From Octopus bimaculoides (Eukaryota), in assembly GCF_001194135.2 (NCBI RefSeq), contig NC_068987.1, forward strand, positions 27,863,380 through 27,927,379: a stretch of DNA of 64,000 bases, in the 5' to 3' direction. A program made the translations under genes and the position numbers. Below are positions 1 to 12,700 of this stretch, piece after piece. A model generated the notes under the pieces. The model did no database searches. It saw only the letters and a program-made list of their open reading frames with translations, and was not told the DNA's origin. Position 1 is the stretch's first letter. Every line of letters begins with the position of its first letter.

Positions 1-300
1 GCAGAAAAAACTATTACAAAATTTAACCAAACCAATTTGATTTCCATCACGTAGTCATATTAGTGTAATTACTAAATACAATGTAGTTTTCTTTATATAT
101 ATATTTTTTGTACCTGTTCTTCATCGGATACTGATGAATTGAACTTAACTTGACTTGACAATTATAGACCGTTTATTGTATAGATATAGAAACATTTCTC
201 TAATATAACTGGATAACTAATTATGAGAGTATACGTGCATTAAAACATGCACTATACAGAGGGATCGGTGGCGAGTAGAAAAATGATAGAAAGAGACAAT

Positions 301-302
<2 letters not shown>

Positions 303-350
<48 letters not shown>
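303..350. repeat. (TA)n microsatellite
   Basis: Direct reading of the sequence. Confidence 0.95.
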
Positions 351-353
<3 letters not shown>

Positions 354-1068
354 TTAATTCTTCATCAGTTATCAACCTGAATAGTAATACTCAGTTTCGC
401 ACCTTTAACGATATATATATATATATATATACCAACCGGTCATTATAGGGAATTCTCGACTGGCGTTTCCCGGAGATTATAGACCCTCTCACTATCTATG
501 TACACAATTATGTGCTTTGACTACAGTGTTAGAATATTTTAGCACATATTTCTAGCAATGTAGGTGTTTCTAACACCATAGTTATATTTAGTGACAATTA
601 TAGTTTTCTTTTTGGGTAATACATTTCACACTGCTGTCTGTAATAATTACATGCATATGTATGTGTGTATACATACATACATACATACATATATCAATTG
701 ACCCGAACGATAAAAAATATATAAATGCATATATAAGTAAAATAGTACTTATAGTTATACTTGCAGTATAGTAATTGTAATATAGTAATATTTACAGTAA
801 TGCTTATAATATAGTAATTGTAAAAAGTACGTGCACGTTTGCATTTAAGTATGCCTGTGTATGTATTTGAATAACGTATGGATTTGAGTATAAGCCTCCG
901 ATAAGACTAATCACCTTTTTTATTGAGTAGATAAATGTTTGATTTATGTGGCCTATGCTTAACAGTTACGTAGAACAAGACCGATTACGTATATTTTTTT
1001 CAGTAGAATCAAATGTCAACTATGAACCCTTTCGTTTTGGTCATCCTGCAGCAAAGTAATATTCATAA

Positions 1069-2349
1069 GTCAACAGAAAACGTTTTGTTATCAAAGGTAC
1101 TGATTTTACCAAAGAAGAATGGCAATTTCTGAAGACCCCCTTCCCTGATCTTCAGCCTTTGCTTGTTAGTAATGTATACTTAAGTTGGTATATACTTGGC
1201 TCGTATTTTACCGTCTGGGATATTATGAAATGTAAACTAGACCTACTAAGATTTGCATACGAATGGTAGACAGAAAGACTTAATTTCTATAAAGCTTTTC
1301 CTCTGTGCTCTATCTTCTTACAAAGAAAATCTCATTTTATTTATAAAACTTCTGCAGCAAATGTTGTGAAATAAAACTTGTGGGCAATTATAGTCCATGG
1401 CCTTGAATTGCGTCTTGTTGAAAACTTTGGATTATCACATTCTACTACAATATGTTCCTGCTATCTACCTGTTAAGAATTAATATGAAATGGGTTTTGTA
1501 TTTTCAGTCAACATCAAATGTAGGTAATATTTTTGCAGAAAGCTGAACTTGCATACTTTTACCAATAAAAAGCAGTAGTGCATGGTGAAACTATCTCATT
1601 ATCAACTAGTGCACTTGAAAATGCTGTTTTATAAAACACTCAACATCCAATCACGTCCAGTTATTGTATGTGTAATAGTTAGTTAAACATAATATATTTG
1701 GTAGTAAATTCTCGACTACCATGTACCAAAGAGCGGCTATTTTTATAAATTTCATGAATGTCAATCGAACAATCGACCGTCATAGAACAACATATGTAAC
1801 AAGTTATATGTAATTTTCTGAGGTGTGATTACGCAAATAAAACATTAAGTGCAGGTACGTTGGTAGATAGTTACAGAGCTGAGCTTGCTGTCATAAGAGA
1901 TTGGGATCAATTCAAGGACCGGACAATAAGTTTTGTTTCTTAACAAGTCATTTCATTTCATAAGTACCAGCTGACTGCTGGTGTTGCTCTTTCTTCTCCC
2001 ATCCCATGCATTCTCGATCGTTCACTGGATCAAAGTTAGAATGATCAAGAGGATATCTGTCTGCATTTGATTACATATGCACTTGAAACAATTAGAGAAA
2101 GAATAGTACAAGTTACCATGTCTGGCCACGGAGTAGAATTACCAAAAGTGTTTATTGCATGATATATGCCGCAGAGGAGAGGGTTTTGAAAGAAAGCTAA
2201 AATTTGCTTTCGGGGCGATGGACCACCGAAGAAAACTACAGAAATTAGGCCCTGCAATCTATCTTTCCTATTCAAATCCTGGGAACTTTAGTGTGCATTT
2301 CATTATTTTCGAGACGAAGAAACATGAGCCACGTGTATGCAGGTGTTAA
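1069..2349 (+). mobile_element. Highly degenerate non-LTR retrotransposon (post-RT region plus RNase H-like domain)
   Basis: Manual translation gives long frames with scattered stops. 1069-1482 reads ...RFAYEW*TERLNFYKAF...TSAANVVK*NLW...LRLVENFGLSHSTTI, resembling the LINE post-RT WG..L..YKA and LR.I.G..STP motifs. 1821-2150 reads KTLSAGTLVDSYRAELAVI...ISFVS*QVI...IVQVTMSGHGVE, resembling the RNase H motifs S.F.AEL.AI, I.FSDSQ and WIPGH. Recognition from memory, not a database hit. Confidence 0.35.
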
Positions 2350-3754
2350 ATTGATACCTTCGCACATTTAACATTGTAGCAGGAAACTACATATGCAGCT
2401 TAATTACTCATAAACACTACTCTCAACAAGTGTAGCTTGTTGCATAATGTATAAGTTTTTCGTCATCATGTCGCTTTAACATATATTGATTTGAAAAGGA
2501 ATCCATCAAACTATAATCAAAATGTTCTTCATATCGATTACACATGATGGCATCAATTCAGATATTTACAGATGACCTGAAGGGTACTACATTTCTGAAG
2601 TATTTAGAAAACTTAATTTGATATTTTTTCTCCTTTTGAAATCATAAAATTACCATGAATTACGAAATGGTAGAATATCTTTCGATAAAAATCAATATAA
2701 AAGTTAATGAGCCAATTATTGAGAAAACTCAAATTCAATTTGATTAAAATTTTGCCTTCTATGTATGAATAAGTGATAACTATGTCGGTATTCAAGAATA
2801 TCCCCAATAAACACTTTGTGTTTCAAACGTAGTTCAATATGAACAAATCTAACTAATGCATGGAGTCACAAAAAGGCAATATCATCGGCATTCATTTCCA
2901 TGTGTACCTCAAAAGGATCATTGAATTACACTTGAACCTATTCTATCATAGAAAGAAAAATGTATATTTATCAGTGTATATTATATCTCCTTAAAAAAGA
3001 AATATCTATCGTTTCTGTTCTAAGAACACGTTTCTTAAGTAGAATGTAATTTCCATCTATGCTACACTGCAAAAGCTGAGAAATTTACCAATTCGAAATA
3101 TAAAGTGAAATTCACTAAGATATTTATTAAGCTTAAAAGTAATATTAATCGAGATCCCAACTATGTATTCTGTATTAATATTTAACCTGAAAAATTAAAA
3201 TTATTTCTTAGTTTTATATTTTCAAAAATATCTTTAACAAAAATCTCTATAAAAGACTTCGTTTAAAATATTAATATTCCTTTCACAGTCATTCCTCTCT
3301 GTACTGACTCTGTTTGTTGCAATATAAGTTCATTTTGCAATTTGCTAGTTACTCACTGCTTAGTATCAGCATACATAGACAATGTTTGTACAAAATACTC
3401 CAGTACGTATTCTTTTTAATATATTTCAAAATCCACCAACGCAAGCTCATAATAACCTCTTTCGACTTTTCCTTTCCAAAGGGTTTTTAAGTCAATATCT
3501 ACACAGTACTATTTATAGCTCTCATACCTTCGAGTTTCACCGTTCCTACAAGGAAATATTTCACGTTCTCTCGAAGTTTATAAATTCTTATGATGTCAAC
3601 ACGGATGTCAATACTTAAATCAATAAAGAAAATAAGCATGTGCATGTGCAAGCGTCAGTGTATGTGTGCGCGCGCGCACGCATACGTGTGTATGTGTGTG
3701 TGAGTGTCTGTGTGTGTATGTGGGGGTGTGTGTGAGGTAAAAAAAAAACCTCAA

Positions 3755-4023
3755 ATGGTTTCCCTTCATGGCAGAATTAATAGACAAGACTAAGCATTTT
3801 ATCCAATCAAAATCTTCTTATAGTTGCGGAACTGTTTCCAGAGGGAAACGCAATCTTTCAGGATGATAATGCACCAATTTACGCGGCTAAAGTTGTTACT
3901 GAATGGCACGAGGAGCATTATAGTGAAGCTGAACATCTTATCTGGCCACCACAGACCCCAAATCTCAATATTATTGAACATTTATGGTGCATTTTCGAAA
4001 AACAAGTAAGGCATCGATATCCT
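3755..4023 (+). mobile_element. Tc1/mariner transposase fragment (DDE domain), frameshifted
   Basis: Frame from 3823 reads VAELFPEGNAIFQDDNAPIYAAKVVTEWHEEH...LIWPPQTPNLNIIEHLWCIFEKQV, matching the Tc1 motifs FQ.DNAP.H and WP.QSPDLNPIE.LW. Upstream MVSLHGRIN lies in another frame. No TIRs seen. Confidence 0.85.
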
Positions 4024-4484
4024 TATTTGACTGCGGCCATGCTAGAGCATCGCCTTTTAGTCGAAGAAATCGACCCCAGGAGTTACTCCCTGTAAGCCTG
4101 GTACTTATTCGGTGGGTTTCTTTTGCCGAACCGCTAAGTTACTAGGACGTAAACACACCAACATTGGCCGTCAAGCAATGGCGGGGGGGGGACAAACATA
4201 GACTTAAAGATACACACNNNNNNNNNNNNNNNNNNNNNNNNNNNNNNNNNNNNNNNNNNNNNNNNNNNNNNNNNNNNNNNNNNNNNNNNNNNNNNNNNNN
4301 NNNNNNNNNNNNNTATATATATGTATACGATGGTCTTCTTTCAGTTTCCGTCTTCCAAATCCACTCACAGGGTTTTGGGCGGCCCGCGGCTATAGTAGAA
4401 AATACTTGCCCAAGGTTCCATGTAGAGGGAATGAACCGGAACCGAGTACTTGGGAAGCAAGCTTCTGACAACACACCTACGCAT
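4024..4484 (-). mobile_element. tRNA-derived SINE family A, near full length, with internal microsatellite/gap
   Basis: The reverse complement matches the head (GCTTGCTTCCCAA..GGTTC..CCTTGGGCAAGT) and tail (CCCC..CTTGAC..GGTGTG..AATAAGTAC..GGTCGATTT) of the copy at 32665-33040. Confidence 0.8.
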
Positions 4485-4717
4485 ATATATGCCGCCTCAA
4501 TTCCAGTTACAGACTCTAGCTTCTAGGTTCTCCATTGCTGATAAATACAAGCAATAAAATTAGAAAGACACATATACATATAAATTTGTTATGTTAGGCG
4601 TAAATCACACTTGGTTTCAACGGATCTGGTGATAAAAGCACGTCTGGATTCACTGATCATGTCGGAAAGCACAACATGGGGAGCAAATTATTTTGAATTT
4701 ACGTACTAAATTTGTAC

Positions 4718-4751
<34 letters not shown>

Positions 4752-5383
4752 GTATATATTTGTGTGTGTATACGTGTGTATGTATATATAGGTGTGTATA
4801 CGTGTGTATGTATATATATAGGTGTGTATGTATGTGGTTATGTATGCTGGCGTCTTAACCAATGTCCATATACATATGCAAGAGAATTCCAAACGTAATT
4901 ACTTTTCGTCACGAGGAATAGGCGGTTCCAATGACACGCTTTTAAAACCCACAAATGTTTGTCCGATGAAGGGAGAAAGTTGTTCACGAAGCGTTGAAGT
5001 GGCCCAGATTCTTGCAACACACTGGAGTTTTACAAAAGGCCTCTAAAGATCAGCGAGGAGTGTTAAAGCGAGTGATGGACAAAGTCTAAACATTGTTTAA
5101 GACCTTGGATAGATAATTAGAAATAATGTTCTCTCAATGAGAAAAAAACAACACAGTCGATCATAGCGAAAATCATTCCGAATACCTAGATTATGGACTC
5201 TGTTACTTATTATACGTTCAAGAAAGTTTTAATGGCCATTACCAAAATTGTCGTCACATGTACAGAATTATTTTTTTTTAATCTTTTGCTTTTTAAGATA
5301 CATCGAATATTAACGATACTTTACAAATTTTACTCAGGCCTCAATGCGTTCTTTTGAATCAACAATAACGTTCACACTTAAAA

Positions 5384-5506
<123 letters not shown>

Positions 5507-6031
5507 CGACAAATTCCTGAAATGTCGATAATGTTGCTGTTAGGCTATTTTTATCATTAGTCATCAACGTTTTAAGTGCCTGATGAATTTCACTTTATAT
5601 AGAAGAGTGAGACGAATTGGATAACTTTTAACGCTTGTAAAATTACTTCATTTCTGCCGCATACATTGTATCAAGCTAGTCGTTTAATTCACTTAACACG
5701 TCATGCAAAGAAACACTTCGTATTTTTGAGTAAATTGGCAGTTCAAGTGGATGTGGACAAACAATTATTACATTTAAAGTATGCTGAGCAACTAGCGTAA
5801 TAACATTTGCAGGCAAAAATTTTCAAAACGTCAACAGGCCTATTTGAAACGACTACACAGATACGTCGAATAAACGAGAATGTTACCTCAAAATTATGAC
5901 ACCAGATGTTAGTATTTTCAAACCAAGAAATAATATTCTTCCGCAAACATTTTACAATTATCATTTCAATTATTTACGTAGGGAATTTTTATTATTTCAG
6001 CTGGTATACATAGGTATATATGCGTGCGCGC

Positions 6032-6034
<3 letters not shown>

Positions 6035-6110
<76 letters not shown>
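6035..6110. repeat. (TG)n microsatellite
   Basis: Direct reading. Confidence 0.97.
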
Positions 6111-6113
<3 letters not shown>

Positions 6114-6149
6114 CTATATTGCTCTTTCCACTAAGCTGCCTAAAATGTA

Positions 6150-6275
6150 ATTCAAATGGTCAGCCTCGTCAATGTCTGTGTCACGCTGAATCTCCCAAAG
6201 AGCTACCTTAAGTGTGTATGTTTGTGCTGCCACTTGCGCGTTAATTACACGAGCGGGCTGTTTTGTTGATCGGAT
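6150..6275 (+). mobile_element. SINE family B, 3' fragment
   Basis: CTGTGTCACGCTGAATCTC...GCCACTTGC.CGTTAAT..CACGAGC.GGCTGT..GTTGATCGGATCAA matches the copies at 41044 and 53326. Confidence 0.7.
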
Positions 6276-7140
6276 CAATATACGAAGGAATGACTTATAG
6301 TCGAAACGTTAAGTCACTCCACATTTATGTCAACTACTCGACATTAAATTATCATTTTCTAATTTTTACTGCTCTTGCATCATTTGCATATATGTATATA
6401 TTTATACACGTACACAGGCACATATGTCCATATATGCATGTGTGTGTGTGTGTACGACTTAGGTAAATAAACCATACAACATAAATTCTTGATTTAGTAA
6501 ACTTATCTCCGCCTCTAGAAAATGGATAACGATTACTAAATGGCAACTGAGACCATCTCCCTATGAAAATAGGAAATAATCTCAGGAATGAAGAATTTTA
6601 CAAATCTGACATACAATTAAGGAAAATGACAGTTTGTCATTTAGACCTAAAATTGTTTTAACCTATCTCCAGACTCAATTTTCACGCTGCTAAGTTCTTA
6701 CGTGAATATCGCAACTGCGTGAAAAGTTAAATCGTAAGATAAATATTCAGTTTCAATTTACCATATACTTTAAGCTTACTGAGTATTTCCTTATTCGGTG
6801 ACATACATCAACAGACGAATAAGTATTATTTTTTCATGTGTATCTATGTGTGTATGTTTGTATATGTGTGCGTACGTGTGTGTGTACGTGGGTGCATGTG
6901 TGTGTGTTTATGTGTACATGTGTGTTTATGTTTTTGACATAATTCTGAGTTCAAAATATTAACTTAGGCCATCGATAAATAAAATTCGATAGAAACGATA
7001 TAGGAAATATTATGTCTTTGCAAAACTAACAAACCCCTTTGTGCATTGTGCTTCCCATTTAATTGCCTATTGTTCTTTATGACTTGATATATGATGCATT
7101 TATGAATATGTTGTCAATATTGGTTACATCTTGGGAAAAA

Positions 7141-7313
7141 TGCTAACCGGCATTTCGTTGGTCTTTACGTTCAAAATTCAAATGCCACCTGGTCGACTTT
7201 GCCTTTCATTCTTTTGGGGGACGATTAACTAAGTACCAACTGAGCGCTGGGGTCAATGTAATCTACTTACCCCTTCCCTCGAAATTGCTGGCTTCGTGCA
7301 AATATTTGAAACC
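7141..7313 (+). mobile_element. SINE family C copy (5' end eroded)
   Basis: Contains GGTCGACTTTGCCTTTCAT..., AAGTACCA..., GGGGTCAATGTAATC and the tail GAAATTGCTGGC..GTGC.AA.ATTTGAAA, as in the 30-32 kb copies in the opposite orientation. Confidence 0.75.
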
Positions 7314-8439
7314 TGTATTCATTACTTCTGCATAAAAGATATCACAAAAAAAAATGTTTAGATAATTAGAAGGCTCATATAATTTTCTGTACGATTTGTT
7401 ATAAAGAGCAGTGCCAACTATAAATAGTTATTAGTTATGTATTGCTTTATGACGTATTCCACGCAAAATGTATCAGTGTTTTTCATATAACAACTATAAA
7501 CCATGTAGCCATTTCAAATTTTTTTCACTACTTCATTGGTTTAATTCCTTTCATAATGTTCTCTTCAATCTATAAAACTTTCAGAATTTCATCTTTAATT
7601 ATTGCCTTTTTTCTAACAGGTTCACTGACTAATTATTATAGCTATTCGATCATTTATCGTTCAGCAATTTGTTGGTACAGTTAATTTAGGAGTGTCAATT
7701 TTCTTAATTACATCGATTGAAATGAATCTTAAAGTATTGGAAGGAAATTAATATGAACAATGATGAACATTTAACTTATTATTTTCACATTAGAAATGTA
7801 TCTGTACTTGGAGATACTTTAATAATCAGAAGCTGTGTAAAAGGCTGATAACTTCAACAACGCAGCTTACTAAATATGGCTTTTAATTAAATCTGAAGAG
7901 TTAGTGATATTATATCTAGATTTTAAATTCATAGAACAGATAATGTTTCATTCATTATAAAAAAAAAATTCTGTAATATCCAATGAAACAAATATTGCAA
8001 GCAAACGAAAGAAGTAAATTTAACTTTTAGTGTAAAATATATTATTTTTAAAGCCATACGACATTGGAATAGATATCTGAATACATTGAAGTCAGATAAG
8101 ACTTGTCTCAGAATGAGGTCAGATGTTTCAGAAAGATATTATCAATGCAAGTAAATGTTTTAGGTGAGTTAAAAATTTGCGCTACTATTCCAGTAAAAAT
8201 GTATATGTAATAGGGTGTTCAGTAAAGAAATAGTCGACAGTGAGTGTCATCCTGGAAAGCTGATGAGTTCCGTTAGATATCATTTTTTTTTTATATACGC
8301 CTTTTTAAAGAAACCTTTAGATCTAGAACGATAAAGGTTTCAAGCGATGTTTGAATGATACTAGGCAGTAACTGCGGTGTTGGAGATGGTACTATTGAGT
8401 GCATACGAAGGATATAAATTTCTATATGCATATATATAT

Positions 8440-9415
8440 TTCTTCCCTAACCCAACCTCCCAACCCGGCTCGTCCCCCTGCTCCCGCCCACGCTGCCACA
8501 CTTGCCCTTACCTCTCCAACATCACCATCCTCACTGGCACTCATCATCGTCAATGACACCCCGGTCTCACGCCATTTCCACTTTCCCGGTCACTCTGTGC
8601 AACACCTGTCTGTGTTCGGATTGTCCTTGCACAGGGGCCATTCGGACTCCCGTTTCTGCCGTGAACAGGGATTCATCTTCTCTCTTCGCTCCTTTGCGCC
8701 ATATGGTCTCAACTGTCCTCCTCTCTTCATCACCCCTCCTCCTCTCCTCTTCTCTCCACCCCTACCCATCTTCTCCCTTCCTCCACTCCCTTCATCGTCA
8801 CCCCTCCCTCATAACCCCACCACTACACAATCTCACCTTCCCTAGCCATCCCAGCCCATCTTTAAAACCCACTCCCACATACTCCACTTCTACCCCTACC
8901 CTCAGCCTAACCCACATACCCCACTTCTACCCCCACCCTCAGCCAAACTCACACCCCACCCTTGCTTTCCCCGCTCGCGCCTCCCCCACATCACAACACG
9001 ATCACACCACACCACACACCACCACACCATAGACCACAATACCAAACAACACCACATAATATCACATCACACCACAACGCACACGTCAAGGTCACCAGCT
9101 CCTTCCACATGCACATACATGCTCTCTTATACACACGCTCGCATACCTTCGTTTTGGGATCACCACTACTTTATTATCTCTTCTACCTAGTTCTCCTGTG
9201 TGACGCCTCTGTCCGGCATTCGCTATGATAGATTGCTAGCCACTACACATTCATTATTATCTCTCCTTGTTTCTTTCTGTGTTCCTTTCTGTGGAAGAGC
9301 GTAGGCTCGAAACTTTAAAGACTTTTTCACTTCCCGAGCGTTAAACTAATACATCTGCGTGTTGTCTACACCACCTGTCTTCGTCTTTTATTTTTTTGTG
9401 AACTTTCCCTATATA
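8440..9415 (+). mobile_element. Penelope-like element (PLE) remnant: GIY-YIG C-terminus, C-rich tract and terminal segment with hammerhead-like core
   Basis: GC-rich island in AT-rich background. Coding remnant at 8540-8713 and hammerhead-like motif at 9289-9322. Outer boundaries are approximate and set by composition. Confidence 0.6.
8540..8713 (+). pseudogene. C-terminal part of a PLE GIY-YIG endonuclease
   Basis: LIIVNDTPVSRHFHFPGHSVQHLSVFGLSLHRGHSDSRFCREQGFIFSLRSFAPYGLN matches the PLE endonuclease end PV..HF...GHS...L.V..L.....R..RE...I..L....P.GLN. The N-terminal GIY-YIG motifs and RT are absent. Confidence 0.75.
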
Positions 9416-9625
9416 TAGGGAGAGAGAAAAATACAGATAGAGATACAGATAAACATTGCTTTCACACACATACAAATGTATAAAGAGGGAGAGAGAGAGA
9501 GAGAGAGAGTGAAAGAGAGAGAAAGAGAGAGTGAGGGAATGATAGAGAGAGGGGGTGAGAGAGAAAGAGAGAGCAGTTTCAATTTTCAAATCGAGAGAAA
9601 ATGAAGCAGTACAGTTGTTATTCAA

Positions 9626-9755
9626 TACTTAGTGGCATTTCTTCCGGCTTTACGTTCTGAGTTCAAATTGCTCTGCGGTAAATTTTGCCTTTCATCCTTT
9701 CATTAAATAAGTACCATTTATACACAGGGGTCGATGAAATCGACTAGGCTTTGTA
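9626..9755 (+). mobile_element. SINE family C copy, internally deleted
   Basis: CTTTACGTTCTGAGTTCAAATT (B box), TTTGCCTTTCATCCTTTC, AATAAGTACC, GGGGTCGATGAAATCGACT, followed by an ATT-type tract. Confidence 0.65.
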
Positions 9756-12700
9756 CCTAGGGTAAAAGTAATTATTATCATTATTATTTGGGAGACAATT
9801 GTGCTCCATGTGTCCCAGTTCTTCTTTAATGAACGATCTTTCATATATGTTATCATATGTGTTTACTTCGAGCCAACAGTGTCCCTACATTCATTAGTGT
9901 TTTACACCTCCTTGGTCTCATCACCAGAACAATATAGATTGTAATAATAATGTGTACTTGGCATGGATTGCTGTAGATAGCAAAATATCGTCCGAATAGT
10001 GTTATAATTGGTAGAATCATCATAGCCTGGTTGAAAGTTGTTTAACGCTTAAATCTTGGTAAATTTCATTATATTTTCACGATTGCTGTATTTTTGCATC
10101 TTTACTTTTATGGATTTTTGTGCAATTCATAAATTTCCAAAGGTATTCTCGCTATTAGAAAATGTTATGTAGATAAGAATGCCTCCTCAGTATTTCTTAT
10201 TACTTTAAAGCAAGCCTTGCTTCAAAGTAAATCGTTAGCACGTCAGGAAAAATGCTTAACGTCTACCAGGAACCGATGAAAGATTGTAGATTTAACGGGC
10301 TGAGAGACATAGGGCTACACCAGCACATTTTCACCAAAGTACACTGGAGCAACTTCAAATTAAGTGTTCGGTCCAAAAATTGAATCCATGACGTTGTGAT
10401 TGTGAGCTGAGTACACAGACCTCTTGGAGGTGAGCCTTTATATTAGATAATAATGTGTGCATAATATTTAAACAGCATTATAAATTTAGTGTTATAGTTG
10501 CTAATTCATGTTATCGAACAGTTTCGAATTAAAACCCTTCTAACTGTGAAAAGGTTAATTTACCAGTCTTCGGATATGGTTGAATGGAAAAGTATCGCTT
10601 CGATTACCTTGCACTGAAGATCTGAAAACAACACATTTGGTTTCCGAGTTTCAGTGATGAAAGTTAGTGACGGAAAATACATGAAAACATAGTTCAATAA
10701 AACAAGGCCATCCTTTCAATCCAGCAGATCGATATCCTCTAGATTGTTCTTTTAGTTTTTCTCCTTCATGTCATCTTTGAGATGTCAACTGTCTATCTTA
10801 ATACTTTTTGCGGAAGTGATTGCGGAATCCAGAAAGAATGGGGAAGAGAGCGTGAATGATAAAAAGGATGTGCTACAGATGAAGGTGGATTTATCTGAAA
10901 AACCCTCTTCCATCTCTACCTCTGCTCTTGAAGTTATAAACTTTATAAGCTTAAACGCTAAACTATTTTTACTTTGTTTCTCATCCCTGGGTTTTATTGC
11001 GGTTATGGCTAATCTAACCGAAACTTCGAAATCACTGTCAATAATAGTCGTGTTTCAGAATAAAAGATTTATACTCTGAAAAAGTATAGAGTAAATAATC
11101 AGACTGACATAATATTGCTCTTATAACTGAACATAAATACAAATATTAATATATACACATATATGTGTGTATGTGTATATTTATATATGTGTATGTGTAT
11201 ACATGTGCATGTGTGGTATTCATGTGTGTGCGTGCGCGCGCGCGTATGAAACTTTCATTTACTCAAAAGTTCATAAACTTTTTATCAGATTCTTAACTTT
11301 TCTTATTCTTTGTACACTTGAGTGACGACATGCTAAGTTGATAATGAAAATATGAGTGATGTATGCATATATTTATACGTCACTTGTACTTCCATGACAA
11401 ATGGATGGATAAATGAGTGACGTATTTTCCAACGGTTCTTTGGCAGTTAATCGAAAGACGGTGATTAATCATATTTCGATGTGCTTACGAATACATTGGT
11501 TCATTATAGTTTCCCACTGCTTTTCTACTTCGATAGTTTGAAAATTCAACAACGTGAAATAAAGAGATGCGATGCAAGGAGGCTCGGTTCCGAATAAAAT
11601 TTCTAGAATTGGGGTATATTCAATGATGGGGGTTGGTTTATTTTCGAAATATGCGCTATTGGGCTCTGTCTGTGCAGTTACTCAGAGTATTTTTTATGAG
11701 GTGTTTGTCAAATACATACATACAGACAGACACACACATTGTCTCTCTCTCTCTCTCATACACACACTGTCTCTCTCTCTCATACACACACACATTCTCT
11801 CTCACACACACATACATACATACACGTAGGATGCATAAAGAATCAAAGTATATCAACGTAAAGACGGATGAAATTAACTGGCTAGACAACTGGTGTGCAG
11901 CGGTGCACAAAAAAATGTTGTGATCTACTAGTAAAGCCTGAACCTTCATTCTCATGTTATATTATTATTGTGTGAGTGAGTGTGTGTGTACGTTTGCGTG
12001 CGTACGTGCGTATGTGTGCGTACGTGCTTGTGCGTACGTATGTATGTATGTATATATGTAAGCGCACATTTTCATATGATGGTGATCGGAAAAGGGTCTG
12101 TACAAAAGCTCTAGCAAAATCCCAACTGATACTTTTCTAGAGCTTGTTTCCGAGAGATAAACGTACACACATTTGAAAATGGTTATATGTTCTATATATA
12201 ACGGAAGATTCTGAGCAGATGCTAAAATTTACAGGCCTATTTGTTTTTGATTTAAAAGTTTATCAACCTCTGAACAGGAAACCATTACATTGTACCAAAG
12301 TTTCAATTCTTCATCTGGAAAAAAATTTATACTGAGAATCTTTTAAGGCCCAAGTTTTTCCAGTATTTTGCCGAAAACCTCAGAGATCTGCAGCAGGTAG
12401 ATGTGACTATGTTAAAAAAGATACTGAGAATAATTTTATGTGATATTCCAAACGGTTCCATAGAACCACAAGAAATGCAAATAAAGGCAGGGATATCAAA
12501 ATCCCTTATTCACCAAAGTCGAACGCGGAGAGAAAGCCATTTATATGAAATGAAATAAACGACAAAATCACCCCAATGGTGTGCCTCAGAGCGGTTACAG
12601 CATTTGAATAAAAAAAGTTAGAATAAAAGGCAAAGATATATATATATTCAAATTTGAGTGCACGCATATATATAAGTACACACACACACACACACACATA

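Noticed and set aside
1102-1131. Peptide DFTKEEWQFL resembling the KRAB-A box (DFT.EEW.LL)
   Set aside because: Only about 10 residues match, the rest of the KRAB consensus is absent, no zinc fingers lie nearby, and the frame fits a LINE fossil better.
3260-3620. Minus-strand segment with a good acceptor (3522) and donor (about 3355) and protein-like translation
   Set aside because: All three frames contain stops between the sites, and no recognisable homology.
5580-5620. CTGATGA followed by a short stem (also CTGATGAG at 8260)
   Set aside because: No GAAA after stem II and no stems I/III, so not a hammerhead.
10564-10621. 58-nt minus-strand exon-like segment with canonical splice sites
   Set aside because: The peptide is not recognised, and its phase does not chain with the other candidates; such matches are expected by chance in 64 kb.
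10768-11079. 103-aa ORF, with an overlapping ~89-codon open antisense frame
   Set aside because: No recognisable domain on either strand and no convincing splice or start context.
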